Shown piece after piece: positions 1 through 8,041 of a stretch of 36,557 nt of DNA. Positions within the stretch are counted from its first letter, which is position 1. Every line of letters begins with the position of its first letter. The notes beneath the pieces were generated by a model. The model saw nothing but the letters and a program-made list of their open reading frames with translations. It did no database searches and had not been told where the DNA came from. Location of the stretch: sequence record DRR723986_4068. One strand, 5' to 3'. The position numbers and the translations under genes are program-made.

Positions 1-1479
1 TGCAACACAGCCGCCCCGGTGATAGAGGCGCTTCAGAAGGCGTATGGCGAGAAACTACGGGTGTTGGCAATCGGGCAATCAGGACCAGAAAACGTTGCTT
101 TGCAGGAACGCCATAAACTCACGGTCCCGATACTGGACGACTTATCCTCCAAGACTTCTTTCGACTGGGATATCGAGATCGTGCCTTCGGTGTTCCGGAT
201 CGACTCTGATGGTGCGGTGGCGTCTCATTTCGAGGGGTTTGTGCGCGAGGAATGGGAGGCGCTCAGCGCAGACCTCGCGCGGAGCTTGGAGCTGCCTGCA
301 GCGCAGATCGATTGGGAAACCCTCCCGGCATGGCGCCCGGGGTGTGGCTCCAGACATCTCTATCCGGAAATCTATGATAAACTTGTTGCGAGTGCGGAAG
401 GCAGCGCCCTTCGAGCGCGGCGCATTGAGATTACCCCGGCCGATGATGTTTTCGAGTTCATGTTCGACCAGGGCTTTTCCGATGGCCTGCCGCTTGTGCC
501 TCCAACCCCCGAGCGGGTCATGCGAATGCTCGGCGGCACTCACCGTAATGCACAAGACGTGATCGCTGTCGTACCTCCCAATATGGGGGAAGCGACCGTC
601 GAAAAGATTGCCATCAACGCCGTGATGGCCGGTTGCAAATCTGAATACATGCCCGTCATCATCGCTGCGCTGGAGGCTGTGTGCACGGATGAATTCAACG
701 TTCATGGCGTTACGGCCACGACCATGGGAGCGGCACCTGTGATCGTCGTGAATGGTCCGATCCGTGAGAAGATTGGCATGAACAAGGGCCTGGGGGCGCT
801 CGGGTCCGGCAACCGCGCCAATGCCACGATTGGCCGTGCGCTGCGTCTGATCGTTGGCAATGTGGGAGGGGGAAAGCTCGGCGGTGTCGAGCGCTCCACG
901 CTTGGCAATCCCATGAAGTACACGATGTGCTTTGCGGAGAATGAAGAACGTTCTCCCTGGCCACCGCTTCACGTGGAGCGCGGTTTTGAAAAAGAGGATT
1001 CGGTGGTTACGGTTTTCGCCATGACGGGCGGGCCAGTGCATATTGTTGACCAGGAATCTCGCAAGCCCGACCAGGTCGCCGGGTCGATCGGATTGGGCAT
1101 GGAGGGAGTATTTCTCCCGAAGGTCCGAAACCTGCCGATAGACGCGCTTCTTGTCGTGTGCCCCGAACACATCGATACGCTGACCTGCGAAGGGGACTAT
1201 TCAAAGGATCGACTGCGCGCCCGGATACAGGAAGTAACCAGACGCCCGTTGAGCGAGATGGTGGCCGATGACACATCCGGTGCAGGTATTCCCCGGCAAA
1301 TGGCCGAAAAAATGGGGCCGCAGAAACTTGAGACTCCCGTGGGCAAGTTTGCGGGGCCGGAATACATCCATATCGTCGTTGCCGGCTCGGATGCCGGCAA
1401 GTTTAGCTCTGTTTTCCATGGATGGGCGACGGGCGAAATCGGCTCACAATCCGTGTCGCGTAAGATCGATTTGGGCTAG
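1..1479 (+). CDS. Thioredoxin/peroxiredoxin-like domain fused to a UGSC-associated conserved domain (5' end lies outside the window)
   Basis: Frame is open from base 1 (CNTAAPVIEALQKAYG..LRVLAIGQ..PILDD..IVPSVFRID, redoxin-like). It continues through a PGCGS linker into an FSDGLPLVPPTPERV / AINAVMAGC / RANATIGRAL / YTMCFAENEE domain typical of proteins encoded next to UGSC genes. Confidence 0.75.
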   Translation, partial: CNTAAPVIEALQKAYGEKLRVLAIGQSGPENVALQERHKLTVPILDDLSSKTSFDWDIEIVPSVFRIDSDGAVASHFEGFVREEWEALSADLARSLELPAAQIDWETLPAWRPGCGSRHLYPEIYDKLVASAEGSALRARRIEITPADDVFEFMFDQGFSDGLPLVPPTPERVMRMLGGTHRNAQDVIAVVPPNMGEATVEKIAINAVMAGCKSEYMPVIIAALEAVCTDEFNVHGVTATTMGAAPVIVVNGPIREKIGMNKGLGALGSGNRANATIGRALRLIVGNVGGGKLGGVERSTLGNPMKYTMCFAENEERSPWPPLHVERGFEKEDSVVTVFAMTGGPVHIVDQESRKPDQVAGSIGLGMEGVFLPKVRNLPIDALLVVCPEHIDTLTCEGDYSKDRLRARIQEVTRRPLSEMVADDTSGAGIPRQMAEKMGPQKLETPVGKFAGPEYIHIVVAGSDAGKFSSVFHGWATGEIGSQSVSRKIDLG

Positions 1480-1534
1480 AGACTTGGTTGGGAAAGAGTA
1501 TGATCAGTAAGAGGGAGTAAGAGAAGGGTACGAT

Positions 1535-2053
1535 ATGACAACAATCCTGGATCCCACTGACGAGCGCAAACCGGTTGTGCGCCAGATCACTCCGCGGAGC
1601 GGTGCGCTCATCGGTACGGTTGCATTGCTCGATATCCGCAAGCCGCGCGGCGATGTGTTATTGGACGAAATCGAACGCCAGCTCGCATCTGTGGCGCCGG
1701 GCGTTGCGATAAAGCGGTATTCGAAGCCAACCTTCACAAAGCCGTGCCCGGATGACCTACGCCGGGAAATTGCAAGCGAAGTGGATTACGTCGTCGAAGC
1801 GCTGGCTGATTGAGGTTCCTGTACGACGTGCAGTTTGCACGACACAGTCTGGTTTGAAATCCAGGGAATCCCAGCAGTCTCCGTCGCTTCGTCAGAGTTC
1901 GAAGAAGCCGCCAATTTTCAGCGCAGCGCGCTTGGAATGGAAGACGCGCGCTACGTGCTTGTTCCGCATCCCATTCAGGATGCCACTGACGACGAAATGC
2001 GCACCAAGGCGCAGCAGGCGATCACTTCGATCATTGATGCACTGACGCTATGA
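1535..2053 (+). CDS. UGSC-family selenoprotein (172 aa, Sec93 at TGA 1811-1813)
   Basis: ORFs 1535-1813 and 1835-2053 are in the same frame and separated only by one TGA. Readthrough gives EALAD-U-GSCTTCSLHD..E.QGIPAV, which matches the UGSC motif. A hairpin follows the TGA. Confidence 0.88.
1819..1847 (+). promoter_or_regulatory. Bacterial SECIS-like hairpin
   Basis: Upper stem CGTGCA(1827-32)/TGCACG(1836-41) with a GTT loop. Lower stem CTGT(1819-22)/ACAG(1844-47). The G-first apical loop begins after a 19-nt spacer from the UGA. Confidence 0.7.
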
Positions 2054-2149
2054 TATTCGTTTCATAGCAGGACGAGGGTGACCGCCATCAGGCATCGTCA
2101 GGAGAACCAGGCTTGAGGTGGTCAGTCGTGGCGCATGGACGGTCTGCAG

Positions 2150-2546
2150 ACGCGCGGCTGCCGCGCGCTCCGCAGCCTGACCTCCCACCTTTTGACAAAC
2201 GCTCGCGGAGCACGCTCGCCATTGTCATAGGACCAATAGCGGACATGGCTCCACATCGAGCATCGGCTCCGCAAGCAGATTCTTCAGCTTCGCGTTCTCG
2301 TCTTCCAATGGCTTGAGCCGCCAGGCAAAGGAAGCGTCCATGCTGCTATAACGAGCCTTCCAATGGCAGAGGGGCGCCTCCGATACACCGCGCTTACGAA
2401 GAAGGTCAGTCGTCTTCGCGCCCGCTTCTATCTCCTTCAACACCGCGATGACCTGTTCTTCACTGTAACGGGATCGCTTCATCTGTCCGACCTTTCTGAG
2501 GGCAGGACTCTGACTCTGACTGGCGGAAAGCCGTAGTGGCAGGTCA
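2150..2546 (-). mobile_element. IS3-family (IS407-group-like) remnant: left end plus degenerate orfA, orfB missing
   Basis: ORF 2482-2225 (MKRSRYSEEQVIAVLKEIEAG..GVSEA..HWKARY..LEDENAKLKNLLAE) is an IS3 OrfA. The minus strand starts TGACCTGCC at 2546, an IS3-type terminus. No integrase ORF follows. The inner boundary (2150) is approximate. Confidence 0.8.
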
Positions 2547-2876
2547 GAGGTAGCCGATCATCAAAGATCGGATCAGATAAATAAACAGAGGTCGGCCATT
2601 TCAGACTGCCGAAAGAGCTGCGAGCCGGTGCTCGGCATAATCTGACTTCGAGGTCAGTTCACCCGACCGCCTTAGTAGTGCTCAGGCACCAGCAGCGTCG
2701 TTGCGACGACAAATGGTCGGCGACTTGACAGCTCCGGATAGTCTTCTTTTTGCTCAACCGAGGTCATTTCAATTTGACCGGGCTGACGAGGAATCTGAAC
2801 ATGAGCAAATACCCTGCTTGTTTAAAGTCGGTTCGCTCTTACAAACGGTGCATGTGTACGACGGAGAGATTGCAAT

Positions 2877-4157
2877 ATGTCGATCGCTGAAGGTAGCAAA
2901 AGAGGACAAGTCCTTCCCGAGGATGTCGAACGCGTCCCGCTTGCCGAAATCGATGTGTCGCTACCTCAACGGTTCAGGGACGATACCTGGCAGCCCTGGT
3001 TTGCGCGGTTGCGTCGGGACGCGCCTGTCCATTTTCTGGAAGACAGTGCCAATGGCCCCTTCTGGTCAGTCACCAGTCATGAGGCTGTCATGGCTGTGGA
3101 TACAAATCACAAGGTGTTCTCCTCGGAAGCGAAGGGGATCGCCATCGTTGATCCTCCGGAGTCTGCTGAATCCCAATTGATGAGAAGCAAGTCCTTCATC
3201 ACGTTGGACGAACCAGCTCACGGCCAACAGCGCAAGGCGGTGTCGCCAGCAGTTGCGCCTTTGAACCTCAAGAATTTCGAATCGCTCATTCGCGAGCGTG
3301 CCGCAGATATTCTCGACAACTTGCCCGTCGGGGAGACCTTCAACTGGGTAGACCGGGTTTCCGTCGAACTGACGGCCCGCATGCTGGCGACCCTGTTTGA
3401 CTTTCCCTATGAAGACCGTCGCCAATTGATCCATTGGTCTGATATCACAACAGCCGTCCCTGGTGTGACCGGTGAAGACAATGACATGGAAGCGCGCAGG
3501 AAGGCCCTGATGGAGTGCGCGATGGTCTTCTTCAATTTGTGGAATGAGCGGGCAAGGCAGGCGCCCAGGTCCGATCTGCTCTCGATGCTCGCACATAGCG
3601 ATGCCACGAAGGACCTCAGCCGCGATCCAATGACAATGATTGGCACGATCCTGCTTCTGATCGTGGGCGGAAACGATACCACACGAAACAGCATCAGCGG
3701 AGGCGTAGTCGCCTTAAACCAGTTTCCCGATCAGTACGAGAAATTGCGGACCAATCCCGAGCTCATTCCCAACATGGTTTCCGAAACGATCCGCTGGCAA
3801 ACCCCGGTCATTCACATGCGCCGCACAGCCCTGGAGGATGTAGAACTGGGGGGGAAGGTCATCCGCAGAGGCGACAAGGTGGTTATGTGGTATGTGTCTG
3901 GTAATCGCGATGAAACGGTTTTCCCAGAAGCGGAGCGCTTCCTCATAGATCGTTCCAATGCCCGCCACCACGTGTCCTTTGGCTTTGGCGTTCATCGTTG
4001 CATGGGTAACCGCTTGGCAGAGATGCAATTGCGGATTCTCTGGGAGGAAATCCTCAAGCGATTTCAAACGGTCGAAGTTGTCGGAACGGTTGAACGTAGC
4101 TCGAACAATTTCATTCGAGGGATCACCGATGTGCCGGTACGGCTAAAACCGATCTAG
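2877..4157 (+). CDS. cyp153: Cytochrome P450, CYP153-like
   Basis: I-helix LLIVGGNDTTRNS, ExxR (ETIRWQTP), heme motif FGFGVHRCMGNRLAEMQL, N-terminal IDVS..F..D..WFARLR..PVH..GPFWSVT. RBS GGAGAG upstream. Confidence 0.92.
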   Translation: MSIAEGSKRGQVLPEDVERVPLAEIDVSLPQRFRDDTWQPWFARLRRDAPVHFLEDSANGPFWSVTSHEAVMAVDTNHKVFSSEAKGIAIVDPPESAESQLMRSKSFITLDEPAHGQQRKAVSPAVAPLNLKNFESLIRERAADILDNLPVGETFNWVDRVSVELTARMLATLFDFPYEDRRQLIHWSDITTAVPGVTGEDNDMEARRKALMECAMVFFNLWNERARQAPRSDLLSMLAHSDATKDLSRDPMTMIGTILLLIVGGNDTTRNSISGGVVALNQFPDQYEKLRTNPELIPNMVSETIRWQTPVIHMRRTALEDVELGGKVIRRGDKVVMWYVSGNRDETVFPEAERFLIDRSNARHHVSFGFGVHRCMGNRLAEMQLRILWEEILKRFQTVEVVGTVERSSNNFIRGITDVPVRLKPI

Positions 4158-4335
4158 CGAAGACAAGGTCTTTACGACCTCTTTTGAATTCCGATGCCGT
4201 GGGGAACTGCGTGAAATGCCTGATTCAAACCTGCTGCCAACGGATACTGAATAGCCTGATCCGCCGATTGGGCATTTGCAACGGTCGGGTCTTGCTGAAA
4301 AGTGCAGTCAGTACAATTTTGACAGTCCAACGCCG

Positions 4336-4370
4336 ACTGAACCGCGCCGGTATACCCGGCGCGGTTCAGT
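4336..4370 (+). terminator. Perfect 15-bp inverted repeat, probable terminator between convergent genes
   Basis: ACTGAACCGCGCCGG-tatac-CCGGCGCGGTTCAGT followed by TTGT. Confidence 0.6.
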
Positions 4371-4646
4371 TTGTGGATGAAGCCGAAAATGTCTGCTGTG
4401 CTGTCATAGAAGCACGCCCGAAAGCGAGGCTCTCTACTACGCACCGATCCGAAACATGCATGCAGCTGCCAGACCAATCTGGCCGACTGCGTAGAGAAGC
4501 GTAACGCCGGTGGGACAATCAAATGCCGGACAGAGACAAATAAGGAGCTTGACGCATAGGACCGATTAGCGAAGCGGACATAGCGGATTGTTGACTTTCT
4601 CCACCACGGGGACTGACGCAAAACCGCGCCTCAGCGTATGCCAGTT

Positions 4647-5219
4647 TTAACTCTCATCTGGATATTCGCGTAGTCCATGAACGTGAACGTCTTGACCAGA
4701 ATGAGCCTTGAGAATCTGCGTGGCTACGACTTCGTCAGCTTCGTTCCACGTGCGTACCCATAGAACGAGACCTCCGTGCGATAGTTCATCGGCAATATAG
4801 TCCGCATGACGTTGATCAATCATTCTGGCCAGAAGTGTACCGATCGCTACACCGCTTCCTCCACCGACTGCCAATGCAATCAGCGCGGCAGCAAGTGCGC
4901 CTCCACCTGCGACGACCGGCACAAAAGCTGCCAAAGCACCAACATATGTCAGTGAGGCAATGACAGCACCCTCAGCCGCTCCAGATGATTCTGTCGTGGC
5001 ATATGCGATCGTGGCAACGTCCGGATCATCTTCCAGATCACGCACAGACTGAAACTTGTGGCCCAGCTTTTTCTCAACAGCCTGCGTTGATGCGAGCAAG
5101 CTGATTTCCGCGCGATTGAACCCTCGCGTCAGAAGTTCGTCGATCGCAGACTGCATGTCTTTTTCAGTCTGGAAGACAGCGACGGCCTCTCGAACAGCAG
5201 GTATTGCCTTATCCTTCAT
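4647..5219 (-). CDS. Conserved hypothetical membrane protein (general stress protein/YflT-like architecture)
   Basis: REAVAVF..AIDELL..GF..EISLL N-terminus, Gly/Ala-rich hydrophobic hairpin, and L..GGLVLWVR C-terminus. RBS GGAGA. Confidence 0.7.
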   Translation of the reverse strand: MKDKAIPAVREAVAVFQTEKDMQSAIDELLTRGFNRAEISLLASTQAVEKKLGHKFQSVRDLEDDPDVATIAYATTESSGAAEGAVIASLTYVGALAAFVPVVAGGGALAAALIALAVGGGSGVAIGTLLARMIDQRHADYIADELSHGGLVLWVRTWNEADEVVATQILKAHSGQDVHVHGLREYPDES

Positions 5220-5238
5220 TATTCATCTCCATGAGAAA

Positions 5239-6552
5239 TCACAAGCCAAACGGATACGTGTCGGGTGCGCCTTCGGGGCCTTTGCCTTGCAACGGTGTAA
5301 CAGCAGCAGACTCTTTAAACCAGACAAGCCCGTCGAACTGATGAGCGAGATTGGCCTCGAAGTAGTGGCTCCAACGTTCCGTTTCCGGACGATAGATGAC
5401 GCCGATAGCCCGTTCGAGGCGGACATGGTCCAGCGCCCTTCGAATGCTTTTGTCTTTTCGCCAACTGGTGAAGCTGGCCGATAGGCCTGTATCCTCAAAG
5501 ATGCGCTCCCAGGAGTCCGGCCGGGCAGGAATGACCTTCTTTATCTTCGCGGCACTCCCCCAATCATCCGCTGCCATCACAGTGCCGGTGCTCGTCGCAA
5601 AGCCGATCGACACAACACCATCACCGAAATGTTCCCGGCACAGCTGGCCGATATTGAACTCACCCCGTTCGCCCATGCCGGTGGCACTGGCATTGCCGAT
5701 ATGCGAGTTATGCGCCCACACGATGGCCTTGGAATCCGGCCCGGCCTGGTCCAGCAAACGCAGGAGGGTTGAGAACATGTGCCGATCGCGCAGGTTCCAC
5801 GTGCTTACCAAACCATGATACATGGCGCGGTAGTATTGTTCGGCTGCCTGGACGACCCGCGCATTCTGTTCGGCATCGAAAAACTCGTCCCCGTCCTTCA
5901 TTGCATAGTCCAGGCGCTGGTCGAGCAGATCCAGCAACTGGCGCACCACTTCATCCTCACAGGTGCGACCGGTTCGCATCGCTTGCGCGCCGTAAATTTG
6001 TGGGCGTCCGACATAGGGAGACAGGCAGGCATAGCGTTCTCTCGCGATGGCTGCCGCATTCTTGTCGACCCGGTCGAGATAGGACAGCACTTCGGAGATT
6101 GATTTGTCGAGACTATAGACATCAAGGCCGCGCACAGCGACGCGGTCCTCCGCCGGCTGGATTGCATTCCAGTCGCGCAACGTCGACAGGCAGTCTGCAA
6201 ACTCCCGGTTACGCCACATCCAGCGCGGGAAGTTCACGAAAGCATCCCGTTCGCCCCAAGGTTCGCGGTCCCTGACATAGCGGTCAAGCTCAGCCGCATC
6301 CGGCCAGTCGCCCTCGATGGCAACAATCCGGAAGCCCTTCTGGTCGACGAGGCGCCGGGTGATGGCTGCTCGCGCCTTATAGAATTCAGATGTGCCATGC
6401 GTGCATTCGCCGAGCAGCACGACACGCGCTTCGCTGAATTCGTCCAGTGCTTCGGCAAGCGTATCGTACGGGTGGCTGGCAGGAAGCGGCAGGCTGTGCT
6501 CCGCAATGAGATCCGAAACCTCTGCGTTCGCTGCGGTACGGACTGTTTCCAT
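5239..6552 (-). CDS. Erythromycin esterase (EreA/B-like) family protein
   Basis: Motifs LLGECTHGTSEFY, AIEGDWPDA, FPRWMWRN, GLDVYSL, WNLRDRHM, VWAHNSH, ERAIGVIYRPETERWSHY and the C-terminal PDTYPFGL. Confidence 0.9.
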   Translation of the reverse strand: METVRTAANAEVSDLIAEHSLPLPASHPYDTLAEALDEFSEARVVLLGECTHGTSEFYKARAAITRRLVDQKGFRIVAIEGDWPDAAELDRYVRDREPWGERDAFVNFPRWMWRNREFADCLSTLRDWNAIQPAEDRVAVRGLDVYSLDKSISEVLSYLDRVDKNAAAIARERYACLSPYVGRPQIYGAQAMRTGRTCEDEVVRQLLDLLDQRLDYAMKDGDEFFDAEQNARVVQAAEQYYRAMYHGLVSTWNLRDRHMFSTLLRLLDQAGPDSKAIVWAHNSHIGNASATGMGERGEFNIGQLCREHFGDGVVSIGFATSTGTVMAADDWGSAAKIKKVIPARPDSWERIFEDTGLSASFTSWRKDKSIRRALDHVRLERAIGVIYRPETERWSHYFEANLAHQFDGLVWFKESAAVTPLQGKGPEGAPDTYPFGL

Positions 6553-7850
6553 TATTCTTCACCAGCAGGCGGTTGCTGAAGGAGTTGGATGACCTCACCG
6601 TCTGACAGTTGGTGGAAGTCCCGGTAATAGCTGCCCACAGCGCCGAACCGGTCCGGGGCGGCGAGCACGATCGCATCGTCCACCATTGCGCCGATGGCGT
6701 GCAGCGTATCGGCCGCGGCCACAGGGACCGCCACTACAATTCTGGCAGGGCGCCGTTTCCTGACCGCCAGAATGGCCGCTTTCATGCTGGTGCCGGTCGC
6801 AATACCATCATCGACCAGGATCGCGGTACGGCCTTCCGCCCGCACAGGCTCTCTGCCTGGCAGATAGAGGCTGCGCCGACGCTCGATCTCCTCAAGTTCC
6901 GGTTTTGCCAGATCGGCAATTTTTCCGGCATCGAGCCCGGTGGCCCGCATGACCGGATCATTGGTCACGATCTCTGCGCCTTCGCCGTCCACGACCGATG
7001 CCGCCGCAACTTCTGGCTGCCAGGGCACACCAATCTTGCGGACCATCAGGATGTCGAGCGGGGCATTCAGGGCGTCCGCGATCGGCCGGGCAACCGGCAC
7101 ACCGCCACGAGGCAGGGCATAGATGACCGGGGCCTCGAAGTCGTGTGCTAAGAGGGCCCGGGCGAGGAGCATGCCGGCTTCCTCCCGGTCTGCCATCGGC
7201 AAGGGGATCGTTTCCCGCACTGCGGGTGCCAAGTGTTTCGAGAACCATGCGCCGGACAGGGCCAGAACCTTGTCGAGTGTTCCGGGTTCCTCGAACAGGT
7301 GGCCGGCGTCCGGGACGACACTGATGCGGTGCTCGCAGGTCATTCGCGCTGCGGCGGCCTCATTTAACGCGAGGACTTCCCGGTCATTCCCGCCAACAAT
7401 CAGAAGGCTTGGCACGTGCACGTGCGGAAGGGCAGAACCGGCCAAGTCAGGCCGGCCACCACGGGACACAACGGCCCTGATATGTGGCGAGGCGGCCGCA
7501 GCTGCCAAGGCTGCGCCTCCGCCCGTACTCGCGCCGAAAACACCGACAGGCAGGTTCTGTAAACTCGTTTGCTGACGTGTCCAGTCGACGGCAAGCACAA
7601 CACGTTTTGCCAATAAGGCGATGTCAAAGACGTTGCGCCGGTCTCTCGCTTCGTCCTCAGTGAGTAGATCGAAAAGCAAGGTTGCAAATCCAAGCTGTTC
7701 GAAACTGCGCGCGGCATGTGCGTTGCGCGGGGAATGCCGGCTGGATCCGCTACCATGGGCAAAAATGATGAGGCCCCGTGCCTTTTCCGGCACGGTCAGG
7801 AAACCACCAAGCCCTTTGGGCCCGATGCGGATGTCTTCCGTTTGCATCAT
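6552..7850 (-). CDS. Fusion of a dienelactone-hydrolase-like alpha/beta hydrolase (N-term) and a phosphoribosyltransferase (C-term)
   Basis: N-domain: FAHGSGSSRHSPRN, FGASTGGG, VSRGGRPDLA, AGHLFEEPG. C-domain: ALPRGGVPVA, VRKIG, PRPP-binding ILVDDGIATGTS. Confidence 0.9.
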   Translation of the reverse strand: MMQTEDIRIGPKGLGGFLTVPEKARGLIIFAHGSGSSRHSPRNAHAARSFEQLGFATLLFDLLTEDEARDRRNVFDIALLAKRVVLAVDWTRQQTSLQNLPVGVFGASTGGGAALAAAAASPHIRAVVSRGGRPDLAGSALPHVHVPSLLIVGGNDREVLALNEAAAARMTCEHRISVVPDAGHLFEEPGTLDKVLALSGAWFSKHLAPAVRETIPLPMADREEAGMLLARALLAHDFEAPVIYALPRGGVPVARPIADALNAPLDILMVRKIGVPWQPEVAAASVVDGEGAEIVTNDPVMRATGLDAGKIADLAKPELEEIERRRSLYLPGREPVRAEGRTAILVDDGIATGTSMKAAILAVRKRRPARIVVAVPVAAADTLHAIGAMVDDAIVLAAPDRFGAVGSYYRDFHQLSDGEVIQLLQQPPAGEE

Positions 7851-8041
7851 GTGGGCACCATTTTTTGCAAGTATAGCACAACTTTATAGCAGTGCCTCCT
7901 GGTGATCCTTCGCTAACTACCGCCGGGTTGCGCCAATGGTCGCCAGGGCGCGCGATCTCATGCGTGCGCAATTGGTCATTTTTTTGAACGGGCACTTGGA
8001 CTGACCTGTCGTCCGAAGTGGCTCAAAGCCTGCTTTTGGCC

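Noticed and set aside
1506-1523. AGTAAGAG direct repeat before the UGSC gene
   Set aside because: Two short copies in a purine-rich RBS region, compatible with chance.
1535-2053. Two separate small genes, or a nonsense pseudogene
   Set aside because: The stop is TGA at the U of a UGSC motif, both halves are in frame and intact, and a SECIS-like stem follows.
4172-4621. 149-aa minus and 106-aa plus ORFs in the gap after the P450
   Set aside because: No clear RBS, no recognisable family, and both run through a perfect hairpin.
5239-6552. Macrolide resistance gene
   Set aside because: Family membership only. The context (PRTase fusion, PDTYPFGL tail) fits the widespread non-resistance Ere-like group, and there is no integron or resistance cluster.
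7851-8041. FNR/FixK box upstream of the PRTase operon (also sought upstream of atpD)
   Set aside because: No TTGAT-N4-ATCAA match seen, so hypoxic control remains unsupported by the sequence.
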